From Eledone cirrhosa (Eukaryota), in NCBI GenBank assembly GCA_964016885.1, contig OZ024740.1, positions 1,860,001-1,924,000 on the forward strand: a DNA stretch of 64,000 nt, written 5' to 3'. Numbering within the stretch: position 1 is the first letter of the stretch; each line of letters starts with the position of its first letter. The notes beneath the pieces are model-generated. The model saw only the letters and a program-made list of their open reading frames with translations, was not told the DNA's origin and made no database searches. Positions 42,500 through 53,072 of this stretch are shown here, piece after piece. The position numbers were made by a program, and so were the translations under genes.

Positions 42500-42890
42500 T
42501 ATCCTTTTTCTTCACCCACTTATTCCTGAGAGGGTCGTGGGGTCAGAGTCCTCAAACACTCCTTCCAGCGGGTCCTGTCAAAAGCAACCGTCTCCAACTG
42601 ATCCAGCTGGATCCCCAAGCGAGACTAGCAAAGCTCATGGATTTTATCTAACCATGTTGCTCGGAGTTTACCCCTGGGTCTCCTGTCAGTTGGTTTTGCT
42701 CATAAAATCTGTCCAACGATTCTTTCCTGAGACATTCTAGTCACATGCCCATAGTATCGGAGTTGTTATCTCTAAATTCAGAGAAGTCACGGCTCTATCT
42801 GGAGTGACTCTCTGATCTTTGAGCTACGCACTTGAGTTTGGATAATCAGTTATCCCTCCTTCAAAATGTTAGCCCTCTGCCTAACTTAGA
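42500..42890 (-). mobile_element. 3' fragment of the second RTE-type LINE family (related to 32630-32808)
   Basis: Minus strand encodes ..LGIQLDQLETVAFDRTRWKECLRTLTPRPSQE* and shares its terminal sequence with 32772-32800. Confidence 0.7.
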
Positions 42891-43104
42891 AATCTAGATT
42901 CACAGAATTGTTAGAACATTGGATATACTAGACATTGGCAAGTGTCTTTGTTGAAAATATAAGTATAGTCTTAATGGTGGCACTATTATCATGACATTTT
43001 TAGATATTTTAAGTACTTTTACTTGACAGATTCCATATTTCTCCAGGTTTGAACTCAACCAATTCCTTCCAGTAGTGGGAGAGATGAAAAATTGATCTGA
43101 GTAT

Positions 43105-43235
43105 TGGATCAATTTATTTATCAGCCCTGTAAAGAAGAAAAGCAAATTCACCTTGGTGAGACTTGAACTCAGTGCAGAGAGCAGGAAAAAATACCATAAA
43201 GCATTCTATGTAACACACAAATGACTCGGCCACCT
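43105..43235 (-). mobile_element. Old SINE copy, same family as 32983-33164
   Basis: TTTATTTATCAGCCCTGTAAAGAAGAAAAGCAAA..GACTTGAACTCAG parallels 33035-33097. Confidence 0.55.
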
Positions 43236-43716
43236 TGGTGTCTATAACGAAGTGGACCCAAAACTTTAGCCTTTTGTGTCCAAGACAGTGCCACCCTGTT
43301 GATAGAGGAAGTTCTTAATAATTAATTCAGTAATAACTTGGCTAGAAAGTGTCTTGTCATTGTCAGTAAGGATTAATCTGTTTGCTAATCCCCTTAACAC
43401 TTAATCTCTTTAATGGTAATCCCTTTGTATTAACTGTAATCTTAGAATAAATATAGGACTAAACAGTTCAGAGTGAGTTCAATCGTTTGTCAGGGCACCA
43501 AAATAAAAGTTGTTTATTCACGTGTGTGTCTGTATGATTCTAACTGTGAGTACTATATATATCCAGGGAGTGTAACTTGGAGTTACTGTAGGTTCACCCG
43601 GGTGAGCAATCGATGTTTAGGTTCACTTCAGTGTTGAGGTGTAGAGCTAGACAGTGTATTATAGTGAAATAAGATAACAAGGACGATTGGTTATTCCTTC
43701 ATTACGTTTATTGGTT

Positions 43717-43786
43717 GGTGACGCGCGTTTCGCCACTGATCAGCTCAAGGTTTGATCTGTATCGATCTGACCCGACTCATCAGACC
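43717..43786 (-). ncRNA. Type I hammerhead ribozyme motif of the Penelope-like (palindromic stem III) kind
   Basis: Minus strand GGT-CTGATGA-GTC...GGC-GAA-ACGCGCGT-C-ACC has the full core (CUGAUGA, GAAA, GUC). Stem I GGT/ACC, stem II GTC/GGC plus GGTCAG/CTGATC, self-complementary ACGCGCGT. AATAAA follows a few nt downstream. Confidence 0.75.
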
Positions 43787-43825
43787 CCTTGTAATGTAAT
43801 GTTAACATTACATTACAAGGGGTCT
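43782..43825. repeat. Perfect 44-bp palindrome with no spacer
   Basis: AGACCCCTTGTAATGTAATGTT|AACATTACATTACAAGGGGTCT. Confidence 0.97.
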
Positions 43826-44025
43826 ATTATGGCTAAGTAGTGAGTCTTATTACTCTGGAGTTTCACCAGTGGAGTCACAGGATCATCTTGTCTGGTGATC
43901 CCATGACTACACAGGTGAAACTCCAGATTAACAAGGCTCACTACCTAACCATAATAAAGGAATATTTGAACTCTACTTCAGTATTGAGTACTCTTTTCTC
44001 TTGTCCATCAACTACATACATATAA

Positions 44026-44245
44026 AAAAAGCACCCAGCCCACACTGTAAAGTGGTCATGTAGGTGTCACAACAAAAAGCACCCAGCCCACACTGTAAAT
44101 GTGGTTGGTGTTAGGAAGGGCATCCAGCCCTAGAAACCAAACCAAAATCAGTTGTGTGTGAGAAAAACACAGTCCTCTGAACTGGTTGCCTTACAACAGG
44201 ACTGCACATACTACCCATGAAAAATGGCTGTTAAACGATGATGAT
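44026..44245 (+). mobile_element. SINE/LINE 3'-tail fragment (RTE-related tail) with short 5' duplication
   Basis: CCCAGCCCACACTGTAAATGTGGTTGGTGTTAGGAAGGGCATCCAGC nearly matches the RTE 3' UTR (reverse of ~49333-49382). Ends GTTAAACGATGATGAT. Confidence 0.85.
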
Positions 44246-44268
44246 ATATATATAATTAAATATTAATT

Positions 44269-44350
44269 AGTGTCTAAATGAATGGATATCAGTGTCTAAA
44301 TGAATGGATATCAGTGTCTAAATGAATGGATATCAGTGTCTAAATGAATA
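44269..44350. repeat. 22-bp tandem repeat, ~3.5 copies
   Basis: AGTGTCTAAATGAATGGATATC. Confidence 0.9.
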
Positions 44351-44408
44351 TATAGATAAAATATCGGAGAAGCAATATTAAATTTAAGTGAAACTAGTTT
44401 TCACTTAA

Positions 44409-44411
<3 letters not shown>

Positions 44412-44462
<51 letters not shown>
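44412..44462. repeat. Pure (TG)n microsatellite
   Basis: Direct inspection. Confidence 0.95.
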
Positions 44463-44466
<4 letters not shown>

Positions 44467-44528
44467 TTTCAGCTTAGTCACTAAAATGAAGCAACTAAGC
44501 TAAAACTTTGAAGTTACTCCCACCTTTT

Positions 44529-44986
44529 TACACCCTACCCACTGGTATATACACTCTACCCACTGGTATATACTCTCTACCCACTGGTATATACACTCTA
44601 CCCACTGGTATATACACCCTACCCACTGGTATATACTCTCTACCCACTGGTATATACACCCTACCCACTGGTATATACTCTCTACCCACTGGTATATACT
44701 CTCTACCCACTGGTATATACTCTCTACCCACTGGTATATACACTCTACCCACTGGTATATACTCTCTACCCACTGGTATATACTCTCTACCCACTGGTAT
44801 ATACTCTCTACCCACTGGTATATACTCTCTACCCACTGGTATATACACTCTACCCACTGGTATATACACTCTACCCACTGGTATATACACTCTACCCACA
44901 GGTATATACACTCTACCCACAGTATATACACTCTACCCACTGGTATATACTCTCTACCCACTGGTATATACTCTCTACCCACTGGT
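44529..44986. repeat. 21-bp minisatellite, ~22 copies
   Basis: Unit CCCACTGGTATATACWCYCTA. Confidence 0.95.
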
Positions 44987-45610
44987 GTAAAGTGTTCATT
45001 CACTTAATGTTTGACTACTTTAAATGTTATGGTATTTTAAACGCACATTCTAATATATACACACCTATATATATTCTCTAAAATGGCTGCCTGTATATAC
45101 ACGTGCTTTTTCTCAAAAAGTCTTTTTTTTTTGTTGTTCCTTTCTCTTCTCACTCTTTCTATTTCATCTTTTATTTCTCATTGTATCTCCTGGAGTTTTA
45201 TGAGGAATCAGACAGTAATATATACAAGGTCTGTTGAAAAAGTACCCCAATGGTGGGAAGAAACATTACATACTCGGGGAAACTTAATTGTTAATCTATT
45301 TCACTCCAGCAATCTCTTCACTGTCTTTAAGATTTCTTCACTACCATCACCACACCTCTTCTCCTCTCATCATCACCATCACCACACCCCTTCTCCTCTC
45401 ACTACCACCACACCCTTTCTTCCACCCTCACCGCCACATCCCTTCTCCTCTCATCATCGCCACCACCACGACGCTTCTCTCACCACCACCACCACCATGA
45501 CCCCTCTCCTCTACCCATCACCACCATTTTGTTGCTAAATCATATTGAACTCCTGTCTTTCCATCTTTGAAATGGAATCACATTTATAATGTCTCCTCTC
45601 TCTTTTCTAG

Positions 45611-45745
45611 GAACTCTCCAAAATGACAATGCCCGTTATCTTTAACGAACCTCTCAGCTTGCTGCAACGTATGGCAGAACATATGGAATATGCATATTTG
45701 TTAGAGAAGGCAGGAACGGCAACAGATCCAGTAGAACGCATGCAG
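45611..45745 (+). CDS. OSBPL1A: Internal coding exon of an oxysterol-binding-protein-related gene (ORP1/ORP2 subfamily), N-terminal part of the ORD ligand-binding domain
   Basis: Polypyrimidine tract + AG at 45609-45610, GT at 45746. 135 nt, phase 0/0. Translates ELSKMTMPVIFNEPLSLLQRMAEHMEYAYLLEKAGTATDPVERMQ, with the ORP hallmark MPVxFNEPLSxLQR. The symbol means '-like'; orthology was not tested. Confidence 0.92.
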
Positions 45746-45859
45746 GTACGTACTCAACCACAACCTCTATCTACAGGTGTAACTGTGTTGCTAAGAAGTT
45801 CACTTCATAGTTATGTGTTATTTGCTGCTGTGGCCGCCACCGTCGTCGCTTCAGCTCAT

Positions 45860-45910
45860 ACAGAGCCTTATGAGTGAATTTGGTTGACAGAAACTGCGTG
45901 GAAGCCCATT
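45860..45910 (+). mobile_element. Short SINE 3' fragment
   Basis: GCCTTATGAGTGAATTTGGTTGACAGAAACTG..GAAGCCC resembles a common octopus SINE segment (recalled motif). Confidence 0.45.
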
Positions 45911-46075
45911 AGATGAGCTCTTGCTGTTCTTGGGTAGTAGACTTAATTTGCCATCTTGCACACATTCAGACCAGGTCTGTGGTCTCAGTGTAACTTCCTC
46001 CCACCAGTCACAGAAACATTACAAAGAGTTGAACAAACTACTTTTCCTTCTTTTACTAAGCCATTACAAACAACT

Positions 46076-47402
46076 AAACCAACCATTCTCTACAAACCAA
46101 CCATTCTCTACAAACCAACCACTGTCTACAAACCAACCACTGTCTACAAACCAACCACTCTCTACAAACCAACCACTCTCTACAAACCAACCACTCTCTA
46201 CAAACCAACCACTCTCTACAAACCAACCATTCTCTACAAACCAACCATTCTCTACAAACCAACCACTCTCTACAAACCAACCATTCTCTACAAACCAACC
46301 ATTCTCTACAAACCAAGCACTCTCTACAAACCAAGCACTCTCTACAAACCAACCACTCTCTACAAACCAACCACTCTCTACAAACCAACCATTCTCTACA
46401 AACCAAGCACTCTCTACAAACCAAGCACTCTCTACAAACCAAGCACTCTCTACAAACCAAGCACTCTCTACAAACCAACCACTCTCTACAAACCAACCAT
46501 TCTCTACAAACCAACCATTCTCTACAAACCAACCACTCTCTACAAACCAACCACTCTCTACAAACCAACCACTCTCTACAAACCAACCACTCTCTACAAA
46601 CCAACCACTCTCTACAAACCAACCACTCTCTACAAACCAACCATTCTCTACAAACCAACCATTCTCTACAAACCAACCACTCTCTACAAACCAACCACTC
46701 TCTACAAACCAACCACTCTCTACAAACCAACCACTCTCTACAAACCAACCACTCTCTACAAACCAACCATTCTCTACAAACCAACCATTCTCTACAAACC
46801 AACCATTCTCTACAAACCAACCATTCTCTACAAACCAACCACTCTACAAACCAACCATTCTCTACAAACCAACCACTCTCTACAAACCAACCACTCTCTA
46901 CAAACCAACCATTCTCTACAAACCAACCACTGTCTACAAACCAACCACTCTCTACAAACCAACCATTCTCTACAAACCAACCACTCTCTACAAACCAACC
47001 ACTCTCTACAAACCAACCACTCTCTACAAACCAACCACTCTCTACAAACCAACCATTCTCTACAAACCAACCATTCTCTACAAACCAACCATTCTCTACA
47101 AACCAACCACTGTCTACAAACCAACCACTCTCTACAAACCAACCACTCTCTACAAACCAACCACTCTCTACAAACCAACCACTCTCTACAAACCAACCAT
47201 TCTCTACAAACCAACCATTCTCTACAAACCAACCACTCTACAAACCAACCATTCTCTACAAACCAACCACTCTCTACAAACCAACCACTCTCTACAAACC
47301 AACCATTCTCTACAAACCAACCATTCTCTACAAACCAACCACTCTCTACAAACCAACCATTCTCTACAAACCAACTATTCTCTACAAACCAACCACTCTA
47401 CA
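46076..47402. repeat. 18-bp minisatellite, ~73 copies
   Basis: Unit AAACCAACCAYTCTCTAC. Occasional 2-bp deletions shift the apparent reading frames. Confidence 0.97.
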
Positions 47403-48855
47403 AGCCACACATACAGACACCCTCCCCCCATATACATACCCCCCACACATACAGACACCCTCCCCCACACATAGAGACACCCACCCCACATACACAGACC
47501 CTCCCCCACACATGTAGACACCCAACCCTATATACAGAGACACCCCCCACATACACATACCCCCCACATACACACATATACATACACCCCCCAGACGGAC
47601 ATACACAGACACCCTCCCCCACATACAGACATCCTCCCCCACACATACATCCCCTCCCCCACATACAGACATCCTCCCCCACACATACACACCCTCCCCC
47701 ACATACAGACATCCTCCCCCACACATACATCCCCTCCCCCACATACACAGACACCCCCATACATACACCACCCTCTCCCACATACACAGACACCCTCTCC
47801 CACACATACACCCCCTCCCCACATACACCCTCCCCCACACATACACCCCCTCCCCACATACACAGACACCCTCCCCCCCACATACACATACCCCCACACA
47901 TACACACATATACATACACCCCCCACACACACATACACATACACCCCCTCCCCACATACACAGGCATCCTCCCCCACACATACACCCCCTCTCCCACATA
48001 CAGACACCCTCGCCCACACATACACACCCTCTCCCACGTACACAGACACCCTCCCCCACACATACACCCCCTCTCCCACGTACACAGACACCCTCCCCCA
48101 CACATACACCCCCTCTCCCACATACACAGACACCCTCCCCCGCACATACACCCCCTCTCCCACGTACACAGACACCCTCCCCCGCACATACACCCCCTCT
48201 CCCACATACACAGACGCCCTCCCCCGCACATACACCCCCTCTCCCACATACACAGACACCCTCCCCCACACACCCACACCCCTCTCCCACATACACAGAC
48301 ACCCTCCCCCACACATACACACCCTCTCCCACGTACACAGACACCCTCCCCCGCACATACACCCCCTCTCCCACATACACAGACACCCTCCCCCACACAC
48401 CCACACCCCTCTCCCACATACACAGACACCCTCCCCCACACATACACACCCTCTCCCACGTACACAGACACCCTCCCCCGCACATACACCCCCTCTCCCA
48501 CATACACAGACACCCTCCCCCGCACATACACCCCCTCTCCCACATACACAGACACCCTCCCCCACACACCCACACCCCTCTCCCACATACACAGACACCC
48601 TCTCCCACATACACCCCCTCTCCCACATACACAGACACCCTCCCCCACACATACACCCCCCCCTCTCCCACATACACCCCCCCTCTCCCACACATACACC
48701 CCCTCTCCCACATACACAAACACCCTCCTCCACCCCCTCTCCCACATACAGACACCCTCCCCCACACATACACAGACACCCTCCCCCACACATACACCCC
48801 CTCTCCCACATACACAGACACCCTCCCCCACACATACACCCCCTCTCCCACGTAC
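47403..48855. repeat. C/A-rich degenerate minisatellite (~42-bp unit in its core)
   Basis: CACATACACAGACACCCTCCCCCRCACATACACCCCCTCTCC-like units. Confidence 0.9.
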
Positions 48856-48934
48856 AAATATAAATGAAAGTTGTTTTTTTACAGTAGAATTAATAAAGCA
48901 ATGAAAACAAAAAACATCAAAAATCAAACAACTC

Positions 48935-48958
48935 TGTGTGACTGTGTGTGTGTATGTA

Positions 48959-48989
<31 letters not shown>

Positions 48990-49088
48990 GTGTAGGTATA
49001 TATATGTATGTATATGTGTGTGTGTTTGTGTGTATATATATATATATATATGTGTGTGTTTGTGTATATATATATGTGTGCGTGTGTT

Positions 49089-49187
<99 letters not shown>

Positions 49188-49202
49188 TTGTGTGTGTGTA
49201 TA
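48935..49202. repeat. (TG)n/(TA)n compound microsatellite
   Basis: Direct inspection. Confidence 0.95.
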
Positions 49203-49711
49203 TCATCATCATCATCATCATCATCAGGTTTAGCGTCCGTGTTCCACGCTTGCATGGGTTTGGACGGGGGTTTTCCCACTTGAGGCAAGAGTGGTTGTCT
49301 TGCTCGCATAGGACTGTCTGGCGGGTTTTCTACAGTTGGATGCCCTTCCTAACACCAACCACATTTACAGTGTGGGGCTGGGAGGTTTTTACCGTGTTGC
49401 CTACACGGCCACATTACAGCGTGGACTGTCTGGCGGGTTTTCTACAGCTGGATGCCCTTCCTAACACCAACCACATTTACAGTGTGGGGCTGGGAGGTTT
49501 TTACCGTGTTGCCTACACGGCCACATTTACAGCGTGGACTGTGTGTTTTTTGTCGTGACACCTACACGATCTCATTTGTTTCGGCCTGGATGTTGTGGGA
49601 CCAACATAACTTTACATTGAAAGGGGCGGTGTGGGTGGGGTGGAGGGTGGTGGGACGGGGGTGTGTTTTGATAGAGATGCCTACTGACTGTAGTAGGTTT
49701 TTACTTTGTAT

Positions 49712-52700
49712 TTAGGTAAGGCGGGTCTTCTCTATTACTGAGTACCGCCAAAGGTCTCGGTCCAGTGACATTGTCTTGGAGAGGTGTAAGCGTGTGAGGT
49801 CGGAATTTATCAGCTCGTCCCATGTTTTTCTGGGTCTGCCTACTCCGTGGCTACCGTCTATCTTTATTGCTCTGCACTTTGTTATACAGCTGTCGTCTTT
49901 CATGCGCATCACGTGACCGTACCAACGTAGCCTTCTCTCGAGTAAACAACATCTGATCCCTCTTATTTCTAATTTTTTCCTTAGTTCGTTTATGCTTTGC
50001 CGTTCACGTATATTACTATTGCACATCCAGCGGAGCATGCAAGCTTCGTTCCTCTCTAGTCTGCGTATATCCTCTGCACACAATGCCCAGGTCTCACTGC
50101 CATGCAGCATTGCTGTTCGTATGCAGGCATCGTATAACCTGCCTTTCATTTTTAGGGAGAACCCTCTAGCGGCTAATAGTGGTATAAGCTCTCTGAACTT
50201 TTTCCATCCAGTTCTGACTCTAGCTACTGTACTTTCAGAGCACCCTCCCCCACTGCTGATTTTGTCACCCAGATAACGGAAGCTGTCCACTATTTCTATA
50301 GAACCCTCTGCGCAGTTGAAGGAGCTAGTATTTTGTGGGCACTTGCTGCTACTTATTGCACCAGAGCACCGGCCACATGTAAAATCTATGTTCTTAGTTA
50401 GCTTACCTGTGATCCCACTACATCTTTTATGCACCCATACTTTGCATTTGGGACATAAAATGGAGTTTCTACCTACGCCTTTCCTACACACTGAGCATGG
50501 CCATTTCCCCGATGGGACCGCCGCCTTATTTTCTTTCCTACAAACTAGAACTTTAGTCTTAGCCAGGTTAATTTTAAGGCCTTTTGATTCTAGGCCGTGC
50601 TTCCACGTTTGGAATTTCTTCTCTAGTTCGGTCATTGATTCAGCTATGAGCGTTAGATCATCTGCGTATAGGAGTTCCCATGGGCAGCCGGTCTTGAACT
50701 CCTCTGTTATAGCCTGAAGGGCAATAATAAATAGTAGGGGGCTAAGAACAGAGCCCTGATGGACACCAACTTTTACGCTAAACTCTTCACTATATTCGTT
50801 GTTAATTCTAACCTTACTGACTGTTTCTTTATACATGGCTTGTATAGCTCTCACAAGCCATTCGTCAACACCTAGTTTTCTAAGAGACCACCAGATAATG
50901 GAACGGGGGACTCTGTCGAAGGCTTTCTCCAAGTCGACGAAAGCTAAGTATAGGGGTTTACTTTTAGCTAGGTACTTCTCCTGTAGTTGTCGTACAATGA
51001 AAAGAGCGTCTGTGGTACTTTTGCCTGACACAAACCCGAACTGCATTTCATCTAGATCAATTCTCTCTCTGATTAGTTGCGCTATTACTTTTTCCGTGAC
51101 CTTCATGACCTGGTCGATTAATTTAATGCCTCTATAGTTACTCCTATCTAGGGCATCTCCTTTTCCCTTATAGCAGTTAACGATGATGCTGCTACGCCAT
51201 TCCTTCGGAACAACCCCATTCTGTACGACTTGGTTAACTATCCGGGTGACCATGGTGTGTCCCACCGAACCAGATGCCTTCAGCATCTCAGCAACTATTT
51301 CCGAAGGCCCAGCCGCCTTACCCGTCTTCATATCTTTGATTGCCTTACTTATTATACTACCTTCAACTAACACTGCTGGTCCCTCTATTGGATCGATCTG
51401 GGGGAGACTGTCTTTCTCCCATTTGTTCTCCTCATTTAGAAGCCTTTCGTAGTGACACTTCCAAGCTACCTTCTTATCAGCGTCGGTGATGGCAAGTATG
51501 CCATCATCGTTAAGTACACACTTCTCCCCGACAATATCACGGTTTTCCTTGACACATTGCCTGGCAATCCTGAACACCTCACGTTTTTGGTCCTCACGTT
51601 GTAGAACATGCTTGAACTTTCTTTCCTCTGCTTCCCTTCTTGCGAAGTACACTTGTCTCCTAGCTTCCCTCCTGGCCACTTGATAGTCTTCTCTACTTCC
51701 CCCATCCCGCCATACTTTCCAAGCCTGCTTTTTGGCCTTAATTGACTCCTCCACCTTACTGTTCCACCACCATGTTACTCTCCTCCTACCTACAGGCCTG
51801 CTCCAGCCACAGACTTCGTCTGCCGCCGTCAGCAGGTTTGCTCTCAGGAATTCCCACTGTTCCTCTATATTATACGACTCTAATTGCTCTTCCTTACTGT
51901 CGAAAGCGTCAAGTAATATGCTTTGGAATTTATTTCTGGCTATGGGGTCCTTTAGCTTCCATATTTTTCTCCTGAGGATAGTCCTCTTCCGCTGTCTAGT
52001 ACGTCTCGTCCTGACTATGAGGTCGCTAATTATCAGTCTATGTTGGGAGGTGAATTCTTCATGGGGGGTGGGATTTAGTGTTAACAACAGACACTCTGTC
52101 ACGTCTTCTGGTAAGGATATAATCTACCTGGCTTGTGTGTTCCCCCGATCTATAGGTGATCAAGTGATTGTCTCGTTTTTCGAAGTTAGTGTTACAGATA
52201 GTTAAGTTATTTGCATCGCAGAATTCCAGGATTCTGGAGCCTTCCTCATTTCTAGTACCGAACCCATAGCCTCCATGGATTCCGTCATAGCCGTCACAAT
52301 GTTGTCCAACGTGACCATTTAGGTCGCCTGCAATAACTATATAGTCACTGTCGGTTATTTGGGAGGTAGCGAGCATCAGTGTCTCGTAGAATTTGTCTTT
52401 TATAGCGCGGGGCAGTCCGGATTGGGGTGCGTACGCAGATATTACTGTCACCGTAGTTTTATTGAGGACAAGTCTTATTTTAATTATTCTGTCGTTCACT
52501 CTATTTACGTCTATTATCTTATCTGCCCACTTTTCTGCTACCATGATTCCTACCCCACCCAACCCATTGTCATTTCCCACCCAGAAAAGCTTATAGCATC
52601 GTTCTTTACCCACGATGAATCTAGCCGACCCTCCCCTCCACCTGGTCTCTTGAATACAACAAACATCGACCTCCTTACGTTCAAGCATTTCTACAACCTC

Positions 52701-52958
52701 GTTAGAGCGACCCTTTAAGGTACCTACATTCATGGTACCAACTCTGAAGTTTTGGATTGCGTTTGGAGGGTGGGAGCGGGGGGGGGGGGGGGGGGATGGG
52801 GTTATGTTAGCCATCCTGGGCCGAAACAAGGAGGAGTGCTTGCATTCTCGTCCACGAGGTGAATTTGGCTTTATCTTTGGCATTGTCGCTGAGCGTCCAC
52901 ATTTTTCTCTCTTCAACTCTCCAGAATTCCGTAGTCCATCCATCATATCGAAAAGCAA
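49712..52958 (-). CDS. RTE ORF: APE endonuclease + reverse transcriptase with inserted PHD-type finger; one +1 frameshift at ~52063-52072
   Basis: EN motifs NVGTL, IQETRW, SAYAPQ, GDLNGHVG, VDYIL, SQHR. RT motifs YRGIKL, DLEKAFD, GVHQGSVLSP, YADD, FRYLG. RTE C-terminus RRLRWYGHVMR..GRPRKTW. Confidence 0.93.
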
Positions 52959-53072
52959 CCAGTTAAGCGATAGTATGGGCCTCTGACTTATGATTGGTCC
53001 ACGTAATAATGGTGGTGCGTGGGGGCGGGAGGGAGGGATGATGGGTTGTTAGCGAGAATGTAAGGTTTAGCG

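Noticed and set aside
45223-45248. TA-CAAGGTCTGTTGAAAAAGTACC resembling a mariner terminal inverted repeat
   Set aside because: No partner TIR or transposase trace found, so it is too short to support.
45746-45877. In-frame read-through after the exon (YVLFAAVAATVVASAH) loosely resembling the next ORP exon
   Set aside because: Canonical GT donor at 45746, no KPFNP motif, and the tail overlaps a SINE fragment.
45921-49224. Long ORFs (517, 982, 608, 491, 435 aa) resembling adhesive, extensin or mucin proteins
   Set aside because: They are open in several frames on both strands because the repeats lack stops. 2-bp unit deletions swap frames freely, which argues against coding constraint.
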